NCBI GenBank assembly: GCA_949283935.1
Contig: CASDUJ010000003.1
Location: 30,920-94,919, forward strand
Origin: an uncultured bacterium
Lineage (GTDB): Bacteria; Cyanobacteriota; Vampirovibrionia; Gastranaerophilales; JAILCC01
Direction of reading: 5' to 3'
Length of the DNA stretch: 64,000 bases
The position numbers and the translations under genes are program-made. Positions 18,203 through 28,101 of this stretch are shown here, in pieces; positions within the stretch are counted from its first letter, which is position 1, and every line of letters begins with the position of its first letter. The notes beneath the pieces are model-generated. The model was not told the origin of the DNA. It did not search any database and saw only the letters and a list, made by a program, of their open reading frames with translations.

Positions 18203-20434
18203 ATGGTTAAGAAATTAGCAGTATCATTTATTTGGCATATGCACCAACCTTGCTACAAAGATGAAAACTCTGGGTTGTATCTCATGCCATGGGTTAGGCT
18301 TCATTCTGTCAAAGATTATCTTGACATGTTGCTTTTAACCACAGAATTCCCCAACATCAAACAAACGTTTAATCTTGTTCCATTACTATTGGATCAAATA
18401 GAAGATTACGCAAACAATGAAGCACACGATATTCATTCCAAATATACAATAACAGACATAGAATATTTTTCACATGATGATAAATATTTTATCCTTTCTA
18501 ATTTCTTTGCAGCAAACTACGCACACCAGATAGAACCTAATAGCAGATATTTGGAATTGTATAACAAATATTTTAATGAAGATGCGCCTATAGAAAATTT
18601 TTCTAGTCAAGAAATTTCTGACCTTATGGCATTGTTTAATCTTGCTTGGTTTGATCCACTTCATATAGAAAACAATCCTGAAATTGCAGCATTAGTTAAT
18701 AAACAAAAGAATTACACTCTTGAAGACAGAATTAAAATTATTGAACTTCAACGAGAAATAATGAGAAAAATTATCCCCACCTACAAAAAACTTTTAAATG
18801 AAGGAAAAATTGAAATATCAACTAGCCCATATTATCATTCACTAATTCCTTTGATGGTTAATCCTGAAACAGCGAAAACTGTAAACAAAAATATTACTTT
18901 ACCAGAATTCCCTTGTTCACTGAAAACTAGTGCACAATTACAAATTGAAAAAGCAATACAAAGAATAGAAGAAATTTTTGGGCAAAAACCTAGAGGAATG
19001 TGGCTTCCTGAACTATGCATTAATAATGACGCATTAAGAATGCTGACAAACTACAATATTGAATGGACAATAGCAGATGAAGCTTTATTGGCTAAAACTT
19101 TAAAAAAAGATATCTCAAGAAACTACAGAGGAGTATTGGAAGATCCTTTTGATTTATGCATTCCTTATGGTTTTATGGCGAATAACAAAGAAATTAACAT
19201 TCTTTTTAGAAATGCAATGATTTCAAACCTCATAAGTTTTGAATATGCAAATTATAACCCACTAGCAGCAGCTAAAGATTTATACGAAAGAATTAAAGTA
19301 GCTCAAGACAGATTAAATATATCACCCATAGAAGAACATATAGCTGTTTTTGCAGTAGATGGAGAAAATTGTTGGGAGAATTACAAAAATGATGGAATAG
19401 AATTTCTGCGAGCTTTATATACGCTTTTGAACAATGATTCTACTTTAGAAGTTACAACAGTAAGTAATTACATAGAAAAAGTAAAAATCAAGCAAATATT
19501 AAAATCCATTCAATGCGGTTCTTGGATAAATGCCAATTTTGACATGTGGATTGGAGATCCAACAAAAAATATGGCATGGGATTATTTAAGCAAGACAAAA
19601 GAAGATTTTCTTTTAGCACAAAAAAATAACAATTATTCGCCTGAATTAATAAACAAAGCACAAAATGAATTGTTAATGGCGCAAGGGAGTGACTGGTTTT
19701 GGTGGTATGGAGAACCAAACAATTCAGGAAAAGATGAAGTTTTTGATCATCTGTATCGAGCCCATTTAAAAAATGTATATGAAATTTTAGGTCTAACACC
19801 TCCAGAATATTTAGAAATGCCATTGGAGGTATTTATAGGTAAACCTTCCAAACATCCTAAGGGCTTAATAACTCCCAAAATTGATGGAAAAGAACAAGAA
19901 TTTGAAGATTGGGTGAATGCCGGATGTATAGAAGTTCCTCAAAGCCCAACTTTACTAACAAAGATGCTAGATAAAATATGCTTTGGAAATGACCAAAACA
20001 ATATTTACGTTATGTTTGACTTTAATAAATATTTTATGGAAAAGAATTTACATTCTTCATACCCAAACGAACTTTTTATTTATTTAGCCAAAAGAAAAGC
20101 AGAAAATTATTCAAGTATTAGACTAAGAAACAAAAATGAAAGCGTTCCTCAAATTTTAAAATACGTTTACACTCACGAAATTCAAATACCAACGACAAAA
20201 GAAAGAATTTTACCAATAATATTTTCAGAGGCAATAGAACATTCCTTGTGGAAAGTTAATCTAGCCCACAATATAAATTATTTTCACTCAGAAGTATTGG
20301 AAATGCAAATTCCATTCGAAGATCTCGGAATGAAACAAGGTGATGGAATTTATATGATATTTGTTGCTTGCAAAGCTAATATTATTAACCAAATTTTGCC
20401 ATTAGACAATGCTATTTACATAGAGCGTCCATAA
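18203..20434 (+). CDS. Glycoside hydrolase family 57 protein (alpha-glucan-active)
   Basis: N-terminal WHMHQPCYKD (GH57 HQP motif), GEPNNSG/DWFWWYGEP region. 743 aa, the size typical of long GH57 proteins. Confidence 0.8.
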   Translation: MVKKLAVSFIWHMHQPCYKDENSGLYLMPWVRLHSVKDYLDMLLLTTEFPNIKQTFNLVPLLLDQIEDYANNEAHDIHSKYTITDIEYFSHDDKYFILSNFFAANYAHQIEPNSRYLELYNKYFNEDAPIENFSSQEISDLMALFNLAWFDPLHIENNPEIAALVNKQKNYTLEDRIKIIELQREIMRKIIPTYKKLLNEGKIEISTSPYYHSLIPLMVNPETAKTVNKNITLPEFPCSLKTSAQLQIEKAIQRIEEIFGQKPRGMWLPELCINNDALRMLTNYNIEWTIADEALLAKTLKKDISRNYRGVLEDPFDLCIPYGFMANNKEINILFRNAMISNLISFEYANYNPLAAAKDLYERIKVAQDRLNISPIEEHIAVFAVDGENCWENYKNDGIEFLRALYTLLNNDSTLEVTTVSNYIEKVKIKQILKSIQCGSWINANFDMWIGDPTKNMAWDYLSKTKEDFLLAQKNNNYSPELINKAQNELLMAQGSDWFWWYGEPNNSGKDEVFDHLYRAHLKNVYEILGLTPPEYLEMPLEVFIGKPSKHPKGLITPKIDGKEQEFEDWVNAGCIEVPQSPTLLTKMLDKICFGNDQNNIYVMFDFNKYFMEKNLHSSYPNELFIYLAKRKAENYSSIRLRNKNESVPQILKYVYTHEIQIPTTKERILPIIFSEAIEHSLWKVNLAHNINYFHSEVLEMQIPFEDLGMKQGDGIYMIFVACKANIINQILPLDNAIYIERP

Positions 20435-20463
20435 AATTCACACAGTTATTTGTCAATTTATTA

Positions 20464-21042
20464 TTAACAAGAAAAATATCCCAGGCTTTTTAGCATTTTA
20501 TCAACTTCAAACAAAGAAATACCAACCACATTATTAAAGCAACCATCAATTTTCTCTATAAATATCGCAGCGAGTCCTTGAGCAGCATAAGCTCCAGCCT
20601 TATCATATGGTTCATTTGTATCTATATATTTTTGTATTTCATTTTCAGCTATATACCTAAATTTTACTCTTGTTGATTTTGAATTTGTTATAATTTTTTT
20701 TGTTTGTGTATCAATCATAGCAATAGCTGTAATAACTTCATGAGTCTTACCACTAAGAGCAGATATCATATTATATGCATCTTGTTTTGAATGAGGTTTA
20801 CCCAAAATTTTCCCATTCAAAACCACTACCGTATCCGCAGCGATAATAATTGCATCATCTTTTATTCTTTTTTCAACGTCTTTCGCTTTGTTTATAGCAA
20901 TATTTTCTATTTTTTCATAGGTAAAATTGTCATCGTTTATTTTTTCATCACAATTTGACGGAACAACGCTAAATTTTAAGCCTATTTTAGAAAGCAATTT
21001 TCTCCTACGAGGAGAAGCTGAAGCAAGAATCAACTTTTGCAT
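20464..21042 (-). CDS. maf: Maf-like nucleoside triphosphate pyrophosphatase
   Basis: LILASASPRRRKLL, AADTVV, YDKAGAYAAQG motifs. 192 aa. Confidence 0.85.
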   Translation of the reverse strand: MQKLILASASPRRRKLLSKIGLKFSVVPSNCDEKINDDNFTYEKIENIAINKAKDVEKRIKDDAIIIAADTVVVLNGKILGKPHSKQDAYNMISALSGKTHEVITAIAMIDTQTKKIITNSKSTRVKFRYIAENEIQKYIDTNEPYDKAGAYAAQGLAAIFIEKIDGCFNNVVGISLFEVDKMLKSLGYFSC

Positions 21043-22079
21043 TTTTCCAACAATCCTTCAATTGCATCAAAAACATCTTTTGTATGAATTTCCAAACATT
21101 CTTTTGTATCACAAGAAGTTTGTCTTTTCTCCCACAAACAAGGTCTGCATTTTAAATCATTTACTTTTAAAATTTTTATATTATCACGTTTAGGAACGAG
21201 CAATCTCTCATCTGTAGGACCAAATATTGCAGCTACAGGGGTATTAAGAGCAATTGCCATATGCATAGGAGCACTATCAACACAAACCATCACATCAGAA
21301 ATTTTTATAAGTGAAACAAAATCTTTGATACTTTTTGTTTGCCCATATAAATTTTTGAAATCTGTATAATCAGTTCTTGTAGCATTAAGGACAAAAAGTA
21401 TTCTTTCAATAGTTTCTTCGTCATCTCTACCACCCGCCAAAAGAACTTTATATCTTTTAGTTTCTAATAATAAATCAATAAGTTTTGCCCACCTTTTAAC
21501 ATCCCAACTTTTAACTATATTTTTTTTCAAACTCATCAGACTAACACCTGGATGAATTAAAACTATAGGTTTATCACAATTTACTTCAGGCACAATTACA
21601 TTATCAATTGCAGGCAAACTAAACTCTGCTAAAGGATCAACTATTTTAACCAAATCATGGTACATAATTGCCGCATATTGTTTTTTGTTTAAAGGAATTG
21701 ATTTTGTCAAAAGTTTTTCACTCCAATCAGAAGTATACCCATAACGCTCTTTTATAAAAGTTAAGAACAATAGCAAAGAAACTATTTTAGAAGAACCAGT
21801 TGAAAAAACAACATCAAAACCTATTAACCAAATTCTAATAAGAAATTTCAAAATTTCGAAATATTTAAATTTAGATTTTATATTAACACACAAAATTTTA
21901 TGCACATCAGCGCACAAATGTTTTGCACTTCTACTACGAGGTTCTAATGCCAAATAAATTTTTGCTTGCGGATAAATTTTTTTAACAGATTTTATTGTAG
22001 GGAAAAAAAGAATTTCATCACCAATTCCACCAAAGTTGATCAACAAAATTTTTTTCACGTTATTTTTGTTCATTAGCAA
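21030..22079 (-). CDS. Glycosyltransferase family 9 (ADP-heptose:LPS heptosyltransferase-like)
   Basis: ILLINFGGIGDEILFFPTIKSVK N-terminus; C-terminal VCVDSAPMHMAIALNTPVAAIFGPTD. Confidence 0.75.
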   Translation of the reverse strand: MLMNKNNVKKILLINFGGIGDEILFFPTIKSVKKIYPQAKIYLALEPRSRSAKHLCADVHKILCVNIKSKFKYFEILKFLIRIWLIGFDVVFSTGSSKIVSLLLFLTFIKERYGYTSDWSEKLLTKSIPLNKKQYAAIMYHDLVKIVDPLAEFSLPAIDNVIVPEVNCDKPIVLIHPGVSLMSLKKNIVKSWDVKRWAKLIDLLLETKRYKVLLAGGRDDEETIERILFVLNATRTDYTDFKNLYGQTKSIKDFVSLIKISDVMVCVDSAPMHMAIALNTPVAAIFGPTDERLLVPKRDNIKILKVNDLKCRPCLWEKRQTSCDTKECLEIHTKDVFDAIEGLLEKCKS

Positions 22080-23487
22080 ATCCCTTCATAGTTACAACAG
22101 CTAAAATTGCTAAATACAACCAAAACAAAAGTTGTATTTGCGGACGATACCATATAGTATCGAAGAAGCCATGGACTAACATAGCTACAATTGCGCTTAA
22201 ACAAGCAATTGAAATAATTTTATATTTTACAGAAAAATCAAATAATCTTTTCAAAGATTTAAAAAATGTTAAAAATATCATCCACAAAAAAGCAATAGGA
22301 GCAAATATACCACTTTCAACAGCCATTTCCAAATATATATTATAAGCACCCAAAGCATCAAATCCTGTAACCATATAGAGGCCATAAATCAAACGATAAG
22401 TAGTGTTCCCCGGTCCTATACCAATCCAAAAATTATCAAAAAATATTTTTAAACTTGAAATATAAACATTCATACGATAAGAATTACTACTATCACCTCT
22501 CAGAGTAAAAATTGATTCTAACCTGTGCAGTAAAGAAGGAGAATTAAAAATAACAAACACTGCGCATAAAACAATTAAGAATGCCGAAAGCAAAATTATT
22601 TTCTTTAAACTTCTTCTTTGTATAAAATAATGTTTAAAAGCTTTAAAAATCATAAAAACTAAAAATAATGCAGCAAAAAACAAAGCAATATAAGCTCCTC
22701 TGCAACCAGTTTGCAAAATAGTTATAAGCGAAAGCAAGAGAAATAAAGCAAAAAGAATACTAATCTTAAACTTACCTTTCATAAAGCTATACAGAAAAAC
22801 AGCAAAAATACTAGGAACAGAAGCCAACAAATATGAAGCGAATAAATTAGGATTAAAAGGTTTCAAAGTTCCAAAAACTCTATTCATAAGATTCTCAGCA
22901 TTAACATGATTAGTATCTTGCCAACTTGCAAGTGCCTCAACCCCAAAAATCATTTGTTTCAAAGAAAACAAAAGTTCCAAACAAGAACTCAAGGCAATTA
23001 AAAGAATAACAGGAAAAATCTTTTCAGGGTTTTTTTTCAAAAATTCAAAAAAAGAGAAGAAAGCAAAAATATAAATTAAAATTTTGACAAAACCTTTCAA
23101 ACTAGGCAAAAACAGAGAAGAAAATCCAACACTGATAAGAATTACAGCCAAATAGAAAAACACCGGAACATGAATAGAACTAAAATGAAATTTTTTATGT
23201 CTACATAATGAATTAACCAAACTTATAAATACTAAAATACACGCAATTAAACCCAGCATGCCAGATTTAGCAAAAGGTAAAGCAAAAATCAATACAGCAA
23301 GTACTAAAAAATAGATATTATCAAGATTTTTTACAAAAAAGGAATTTGGAGCCAATCTTCCACTCAAAAACGCAAAAAATCTTGTAAACAAATTATAAAA
23401 AGAACCTAAAAAACTTGAATTAACAAGACTATTAAGTTTCTCTTCATTTGGATTAAATACATTTAAAAATCTATGGAAAAAAGACAT
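22060..23487 (-). CDS. O-antigen ligase-like polytopic membrane protein (Wzy_C-type)
   Basis: At least 10 hydrophobic segments. Central loop with TGCRGAYIALF typical of the O-antigen ligase family. Adjacent to the GT9 gene. Confidence 0.55.
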   Translation of the reverse strand: MSFFHRFLNVFNPNEEKLNSLVNSSFLGSFYNLFTRFFAFLSGRLAPNSFFVKNLDNIYFLVLAVLIFALPFAKSGMLGLIACILVFISLVNSLCRHKKFHFSSIHVPVFFYLAVILISVGFSSLFLPSLKGFVKILIYIFAFFSFFEFLKKNPEKIFPVILLIALSSCLELLFSLKQMIFGVEALASWQDTNHVNAENLMNRVFGTLKPFNPNLFASYLLASVPSIFAVFLYSFMKGKFKISILFALFLLLSLITILQTGCRGAYIALFFAALFLVFMIFKAFKHYFIQRRSLKKIILLSAFLIVLCAVFVIFNSPSLLHRLESIFTLRGDSSNSYRMNVYISSLKIFFDNFWIGIGPGNTTYRLIYGLYMVTGFDALGAYNIYLEMAVESGIFAPIAFLWMIFLTFFKSLKRLFDFSVKYKIISIACLSAIVAMLVHGFFDTIWYRPQIQLLFWLYLAILAVVTMKGFANEQK

Positions 23488-23488
23488 T

Positions 23489-24022
23489 TTATTCTTTCAC
23501 ATCATCCACTATTCTAACATCAGAAACCATACCGCTTAAACGATAATTAAAACCTTCCAAATCAACAGGTAAACCAATTTTAATTTTATTACCACCTATA
23601 ACAGCTCCATCATCAGTAATTTGAGCTTTATCTTTTAATGTTACCACATATTGGAAACGATTAGGATAAGCTACATTATTGATCAAATAGGGTACTTCAG
23701 GTCTATCGTAATTGAAAAACATTTCCTTCATATTTTCTTTTTGCACCTCAACGATCTCCAATTCTGTATATGGCACATTTCTTATGGTAATGAAAGTTTT
23801 TTCACCTTTTACAAATAATTCTTTTTCAGCTGTAATATCATAAGCTCTAGTTACGACAACAAACTCAACAGGCTTTACTCCCTTAGATATTTTGGAAACT
23901 GGCTTAAAAACACCCATTTTTACAACTAAAACACCCAATAGAAGAGTCAAAACAACTATAAAAATAAAAAAATCAATAATGTTAAATTTCCCAAAAACTT
24001 TCCCATTTTTAAACATAAACAA
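23489..24022 (-). CDS. DUF4330-like single-pass membrane protein
   Basis: The N-terminus GKVFGKFNIIDFFIFIVVLTLLLGVLVV resembles my recollection of DUF4330 N-termini. 177 aa. Confidence 0.4.
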   Translation of the reverse strand: MFMFKNGKVFGKFNIIDFFIFIVVLTLLLGVLVVKMGVFKPVSKISKGVKPVEFVVVTRAYDITAEKELFVKGEKTFITIRNVPYTELEIVEVQKENMKEMFFNYDRPEVPYLINNVAYPNRFQYVVTLKDKAQITDDGAVIGGNKIKIGLPVDLEGFNYRLSGMVSDVRIVDDVKE

Positions 24023-24084
24023 CTTCCTTTTTTAAATTCCAATGATAATTATAGCACAAAAAGATAAAAGTACTACGCAACCTA

Positions 24085-24113
24085 CTTGTCTATTAAATTT
24101 GCTTGTGGTATCA
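24085..24113 (+). promoter_or_regulatory. Putative promoter TTGTCT-17-TGgTATCAA (extended -10) for rpsP
   Basis: Read directly, 38 nt upstream of the rpsP ATG. Strong RBS aaaggag follows. Confidence 0.4.
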
Positions 24114-24150
24114 ATAAGTAATAAATGTTAAAAAGGAGAAACAAAACATC

Positions 24151-24522
24151 ATGGTAAAGATACGCTTAAGAAGAATGGGAATGAAGAGAACTCCCCATTT
24201 TAGAGTTGTAGTAATTAATTCAAGAGAAAAAAGAGAAGGACGTCCTATTGAAGAACTAGGTTACTACAATCCTAAAACTAAAGAAATGAAACTTAACAAA
24301 GAAGCAGCTTTAGAATGGATAAAAAAAGGTGCGCAGCCTTCAGAAACTGTTCAATATCTTATCAATAATTGTAATGAAGATGGCACATTAAATTATCAAA
24401 AAAAAGAGGTTGAAAAACTTTCCAAAAAAGCTCAAGCAAAATTAGAAGAAGCTAAAAAAGCTGAAGAAGAAGCAAAAGCCGCTCAAGCTGAAGCAGCTAC
24501 AGAAGAAGCTGCAGCTCAATAA
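24151..24522 (+). CDS. rpsP: 30S ribosomal protein S16 with K/E/A-rich C-terminal extension
   Basis: MVKIRLRRMGMKRTPHFRVVV...GYYNP canonical S16 N-terminus. About 40-aa low-complexity tail. Confidence 0.95.
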   Translation: MVKIRLRRMGMKRTPHFRVVVINSREKREGRPIEELGYYNPKTKEMKLNKEAALEWIKKGAQPSETVQYLINNCNEDGTLNYQKKEVEKLSKKAQAKLEEAKKAEEEAKAAQAEAATEEAAAQ

Positions 24523-24591
24523 AACATTAAAATTTAAAATGTTGATACCCTCCTTACAGGAGGGTTTCAAGTTTTGTAAGAAGGATTTGTT

Positions 24592-25863
24592 ATGCAAAAA
24601 ATTGAAAATATTGAAAAATTAGTAGAAGATACTCAAAATGATTTGGCAAAAGAATTTCAAAAATATGATAAAATAAGAGACTACAATCAAGAAAAAGTAC
24701 TTGATGCTTTTATTAAAAACAAAATTGGAGAAGAACATTTTTCTTATGTTTCCGGATATGGGCATGATGACATAGGCAGAGCTGCAATAGACAATTTATT
24801 TGCGGATATTTTTAGAGCAGAATCCGCCATTGTAAGGAATCACTTTGTTTCAGGTACACATGCTCTTGCATGTGTACTTTTTGGGATATTAAGACCCAAC
24901 GATGAACTAATATCAGTTGCAGGAGCACCCTATGATACTATGGAAGAAGTTATAGGGAAGAGAGGAAATCAAAAAGCTTCATTAAAAGGCTTTGGGGTTA
25001 AATATAAAGAAATCCCATTGTTAAAAAATCTTGATGTCAATTTTGAACAGCTCGAACAAAATATCAGCCAAACAACCACAATGGTACTAATTCAACGTTC
25101 AAGAGGATACTCCACAAGAAAATCATTAGACATCCAAACTATTGACAGCATAATACGCATAGTAAAAAGCAAAAATCCTAACTGCATATGTTTTGTAGAC
25201 AATTGTTATGGTGAATTTGTTGAAGAAAAAGAGCCGCTTGAAGTAGGAGCTGATATTATAGCAGGCTCATTAATTAAAAATCCTGGAGGATCCATAGTTG
25301 AATGCGGAGGATATATAGCAGGAAGAGCTGATTTAGTAGAACTAGCGGCAACAAGGCTGACAGCTCCAGGAATAGGGGCAAAGGGAGGAAGCATGCTAAA
25401 TCAATCTCGGTTAATATTGCAAGGAATTTTTATGGCTCCTTCTGTGGTAATTGACGCAGTAAAAGGAGCTATACTTGCAGCAAAACTTTTGTCTGATTTA
25501 GGTTTTAAAACCACTCCTGATGCATATTCAAAGAGAACTGATATAATTCAAGCCATTGAATTTGGAAAACCAGAACCTTTAATTGCATTTTGCAAAGCAT
25601 TGCAGGCTGCAAGTCCGATTGAATCATATCTTACTCCTATTCCAGATGAGGTTCCGGGATATGATGATAAATTAATTATGGCAGGAGGTAGTTTCATTGA
25701 AGGTTCTACTATTGAATTAAGTGCAGACGGTCCTCTTCGAGAACCATATGTAGCATATATGCAAGGCGGAATAAATTATTCGCACGTTAAAATTGCACTA
25801 AAAAGAGTAATTAATGCATTAATTAATGATAAACCTAAAACACACTTAGAAATAGAAAATTAA
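24592..25863 (+). CDS. PLP-dependent Cys/Met-metabolism enzyme of the YnbB / aluminium-resistance family
   Basis: FSYVSGYGHDDIGR, SGTHALA, GSLIKNPGG (PLP-Lys region) are typical of this family. 423 aa. Confidence 0.7.
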   Translation: MQKIENIEKLVEDTQNDLAKEFQKYDKIRDYNQEKVLDAFIKNKIGEEHFSYVSGYGHDDIGRAAIDNLFADIFRAESAIVRNHFVSGTHALACVLFGILRPNDELISVAGAPYDTMEEVIGKRGNQKASLKGFGVKYKEIPLLKNLDVNFEQLEQNISQTTTMVLIQRSRGYSTRKSLDIQTIDSIIRIVKSKNPNCICFVDNCYGEFVEEKEPLEVGADIIAGSLIKNPGGSIVECGGYIAGRADLVELAATRLTAPGIGAKGGSMLNQSRLILQGIFMAPSVVIDAVKGAILAAKLLSDLGFKTTPDAYSKRTDIIQAIEFGKPEPLIAFCKALQAASPIESYLTPIPDEVPGYDDKLIMAGGSFIEGSTIELSADGPLREPYVAYMQGGINYSHVKIALKRVINALINDKPKTHLEIEN

Positions 25864-25872
25864 AAATAAATC

Positions 25873-27111
25873 TTAATATTTTCCCCGAAAATGTAGAAAA
25901 GGACTAAAAACTTGAGGTAAAACTAAATTTTGGTTATCAATATTTTTCAATTCTTTTTCCTTATCATAACGATATTGGGTGAAAAATCTTGAAGATGCTG
26001 CGACAAAAAATCCCATTACACCAATCCCAAACAAAAACGGAACAGCAGAAATAAAAATCTTTTGTTTAAGTAATTTTTTATAAATTTCTTCAAAATTTCC
26101 ACCTTTTTTTGTTTGTATTTTTTTAGCTATTTCTATTAAGTCTTTGATTTTGGGAACATCTAGATTTTTATCTATTATTTCTGTGCATTTACCAAAATTT
26201 AAAAGCATTTTTTTGAAAGCCTTTTCTAAAAGTTCATTGCCACAAATTATGTAAAATCCAACCAAAGGCATTCTATAAAGTACTTCAAGAAAATTTTGCT
26301 TTCCTCTATCTTTTGCAGAACCGAAATATCCTAAACCACCTACAAGAACACAAGAGGTTAATTGGCCTTTACTTAGAGCTAATTTTCCATTATTGTTAGC
26401 AAAATCAATACTAAAGTATTTATTAACAAAATCTTGTTTTTTAGTATTTTTAAAAAGTTTTGTGCCAGGAGCAAGAATAAATTCAGAAAAGTGTTGAAGA
26501 ATTTTTGAAGTTTTTCCATATCTAGCGAGCAATCCGCTTAAAGCAACACATCCAACAGCTAAAATAGAAGCAGCAAAAATATTCTTTTTTGCATTTTGCT
26601 CTACTTTTAAATTCTTTTTGGTATTAATGCTTTTGTTTTTATCGAGATTTGCAATATCAGTAAAATCTCCTTGTTTAAAGATTTTCAAAGTTAAAAGATT
26701 TTTAAAATAATTTAAAGAAAATTCTACCAAAGGAATTAGCATACAACTAAGAGCTATTGCGGCTTTTACAGGTAATATTTTTCTATTTTCAGGTAAATTT
26801 TTTTTCATTAGTTCAACTGCCGGAACAGATATTTGAGACTTCAAAGTATTAGATAAATTTTTGCTATACATTTTTCTAAAAATACCTTGCCCTAAAATAG
26901 CAGGGCCATAATAAACAAGAGCAGATTCAGAAAGTTCAAGAAAACTATTTTCAAGCAAATCTGCTTTTGAACGAGCAAAAATAGCTTTTGGCAAAAGTCC
27001 TGTGCCAGTATCTTGAACAAAACGCATATGTGACAAACCAGAACCGCCCTCTTGAACAGATATTATTTTGCTTGCAACTTTTAATCCTAAATTTATATTA
27101 TCAATTTTCAT
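25873..27111 (-). CDS. Hypothetical polytopic membrane protein
   Basis: 412-aa ORF with several hydrophobic segments (AAIALSCMLIPLV, IFAASILAVGCVALSGLLA, ISAVPFLFGIGVMGFFVAA). RBS aaagga. Preceded by a structured leader. Confidence 0.5.
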   Translation of the reverse strand: MKIDNINLGLKVASKIISVQEGGSGLSHMRFVQDTGTGLLPKAIFARSKADLLENSFLELSESALVYYGPAILGQGIFRKMYSKNLSNTLKSQISVPAVELMKKNLPENRKILPVKAAIALSCMLIPLVEFSLNYFKNLLTLKIFKQGDFTDIANLDKNKSINTKKNLKVEQNAKKNIFAASILAVGCVALSGLLARYGKTSKILQHFSEFILAPGTKLFKNTKKQDFVNKYFSIDFANNNGKLALSKGQLTSCVLVGGLGYFGSAKDRGKQNFLEVLYRMPLVGFYIICGNELLEKAFKKMLLNFGKCTEIIDKNLDVPKIKDLIEIAKKIQTKKGGNFEEIYKKLLKQKIFISAVPFLFGIGVMGFFVAASSRFFTQYRYDKEKELKNIDNQNLVLPQVFSPFLHFRGKY

Positions 27112-27392
27112 TTATTTTATTTCCTTTAATTTGAATAATTTTTCACAAAAAAACAGCCTGTATCTTATGAGTACAGGCTACTTTATACTTTAAGTTATTA
27201 TTCAAATTAATGCCAACTCAAATCGCCTGTCTCATTTGACAGAAGCCACCAAGCTTGAATTTTCACGAAATTTGAATTATGCATTGCTTTACCTTTTGAT
27301 TTCCAAGACTATTTTCACACTATCAAAAATAAAAATCAAGAGTTTCATTTATATTAAATATAAATACAAACAAAAATATTTTTGCTCAAATT
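27112..27392 (-). promoter_or_regulatory. Structured 5' leader or 3' UTR: intrinsic terminator nested in a 14-bp inverted repeat, next to the RBS of the 25873-27111 gene
   Basis: See the terminator at 27147-27179. Perfect inverted repeat ttaatttgaataat (27126-27139) / attattcaaattaa (27197-27210). Third related copy aaatttgaattat at 27268-27280. Confidence 0.35.
27147..27179 (-). terminator. Rho-independent terminator (minus strand): AGCCTGTA-loop-TACAGGCT followed by G+TTTTTTT
   Basis: 8-bp GC-containing stem (27155-27162 / 27172-27179) and a 7-T run (27147-27153 as A on the plus strand). Only 36 nt upstream of the ATG at 27111. Confidence 0.7.
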
Positions 27393-27767
27393 TCAACTTT
27401 CTGTTCTAAATCTAAATTTAATCCAAGTTTTAAACCCACCTAGCAAATCTACGACTTTATAACCTTCGTTAACTAACTCCACAGCCTTTTTAGCTGAAAG
27501 CTGGCAAAATTGATTATAACAATAAACAATAATAGTTTTGTTTTTAGACAATTTATCTAAATTATCAAGCAAATGTTCTTCGGAAATATGTATAGCAGTA
27601 GGAATATGAGAGATTTCAAAATCTTCCAAATTTCTCAAATCAACTACTTGGAAATCTTTTTCTTCATTATCTAACATATAAAGAAGTTCCATTGGACTAA
27701 TAGAATAGGTTATATAATCATTAAAAAAATCTTTTGCTCTTTTGAAATCATAATTTTTTTTAAACAT
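27393..27767 (-). CDS. Rhodanese-domain sulfurtransferase
   Basis: Single rhodanese fold: VVDLRNLEDFEISHIPTAIHI, active-site loop IVYCYNQFCQLSAKKA, GGFKTW. 124 aa. Confidence 0.75.
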   Translation of the reverse strand: MFKKNYDFKRAKDFFNDYITYSISPMELLYMLDNEEKDFQVVDLRNLEDFEISHIPTAIHISEEHLLDNLDKLSKNKTIIVYCYNQFCQLSAKKAVELVNEGYKVVDLLGGFKTWIKFRFRTES

Positions 27768-28006
27768 AATATTCCTCCGTAAATGAATTTTTTATAATTT
27801 TTGCCAAATCTTTTAAAAACTATTAAAAATTCAGGCATGTTTTTTGGCAAACAAATATTTAGAAAAATAACTGAGAAAATCAAAATAAAAATCCGACACA
27901 AGAGTAATTTTCAAACAAGTACATAGATGTAAGAATCAATAATAACAAGCATTTAAAAAAAAATAATAATTCAAATAAATTTGCAGTAAAAATTTTAAAA
28001 AAAAGC

Positions 28007-28035
28007 TTGCAATTTTAAATACATACTGGTATAAT
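28007..28035 (+). promoter_or_regulatory. Strong sigma-70-type promoter TTGCAA-17-TGgTATAAT (extended -10)
   Basis: Read directly. -35 at 28007-28012, TGN at 28027-29, -10 at 28030-28035. About 66 nt upstream of the ATG at 28102. Confidence 0.6.
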
Positions 28036-28101
28036 AATCTGTTAATAAGATGGTAGAAAAAAGAAAGACGATTCCCGAGGGGTTTCGTGTGTAGGTGAGA
28101 A

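Noticed and set aside
27710-27901. 63-aa minus-strand ORF overlapping the rhodanese start
   Set aside because: It is out of frame with the rhodanese gene, its product is hydrophobic and low-complexity, and it has no RBS. The region is better explained as the rhodanese promoter/5' region.
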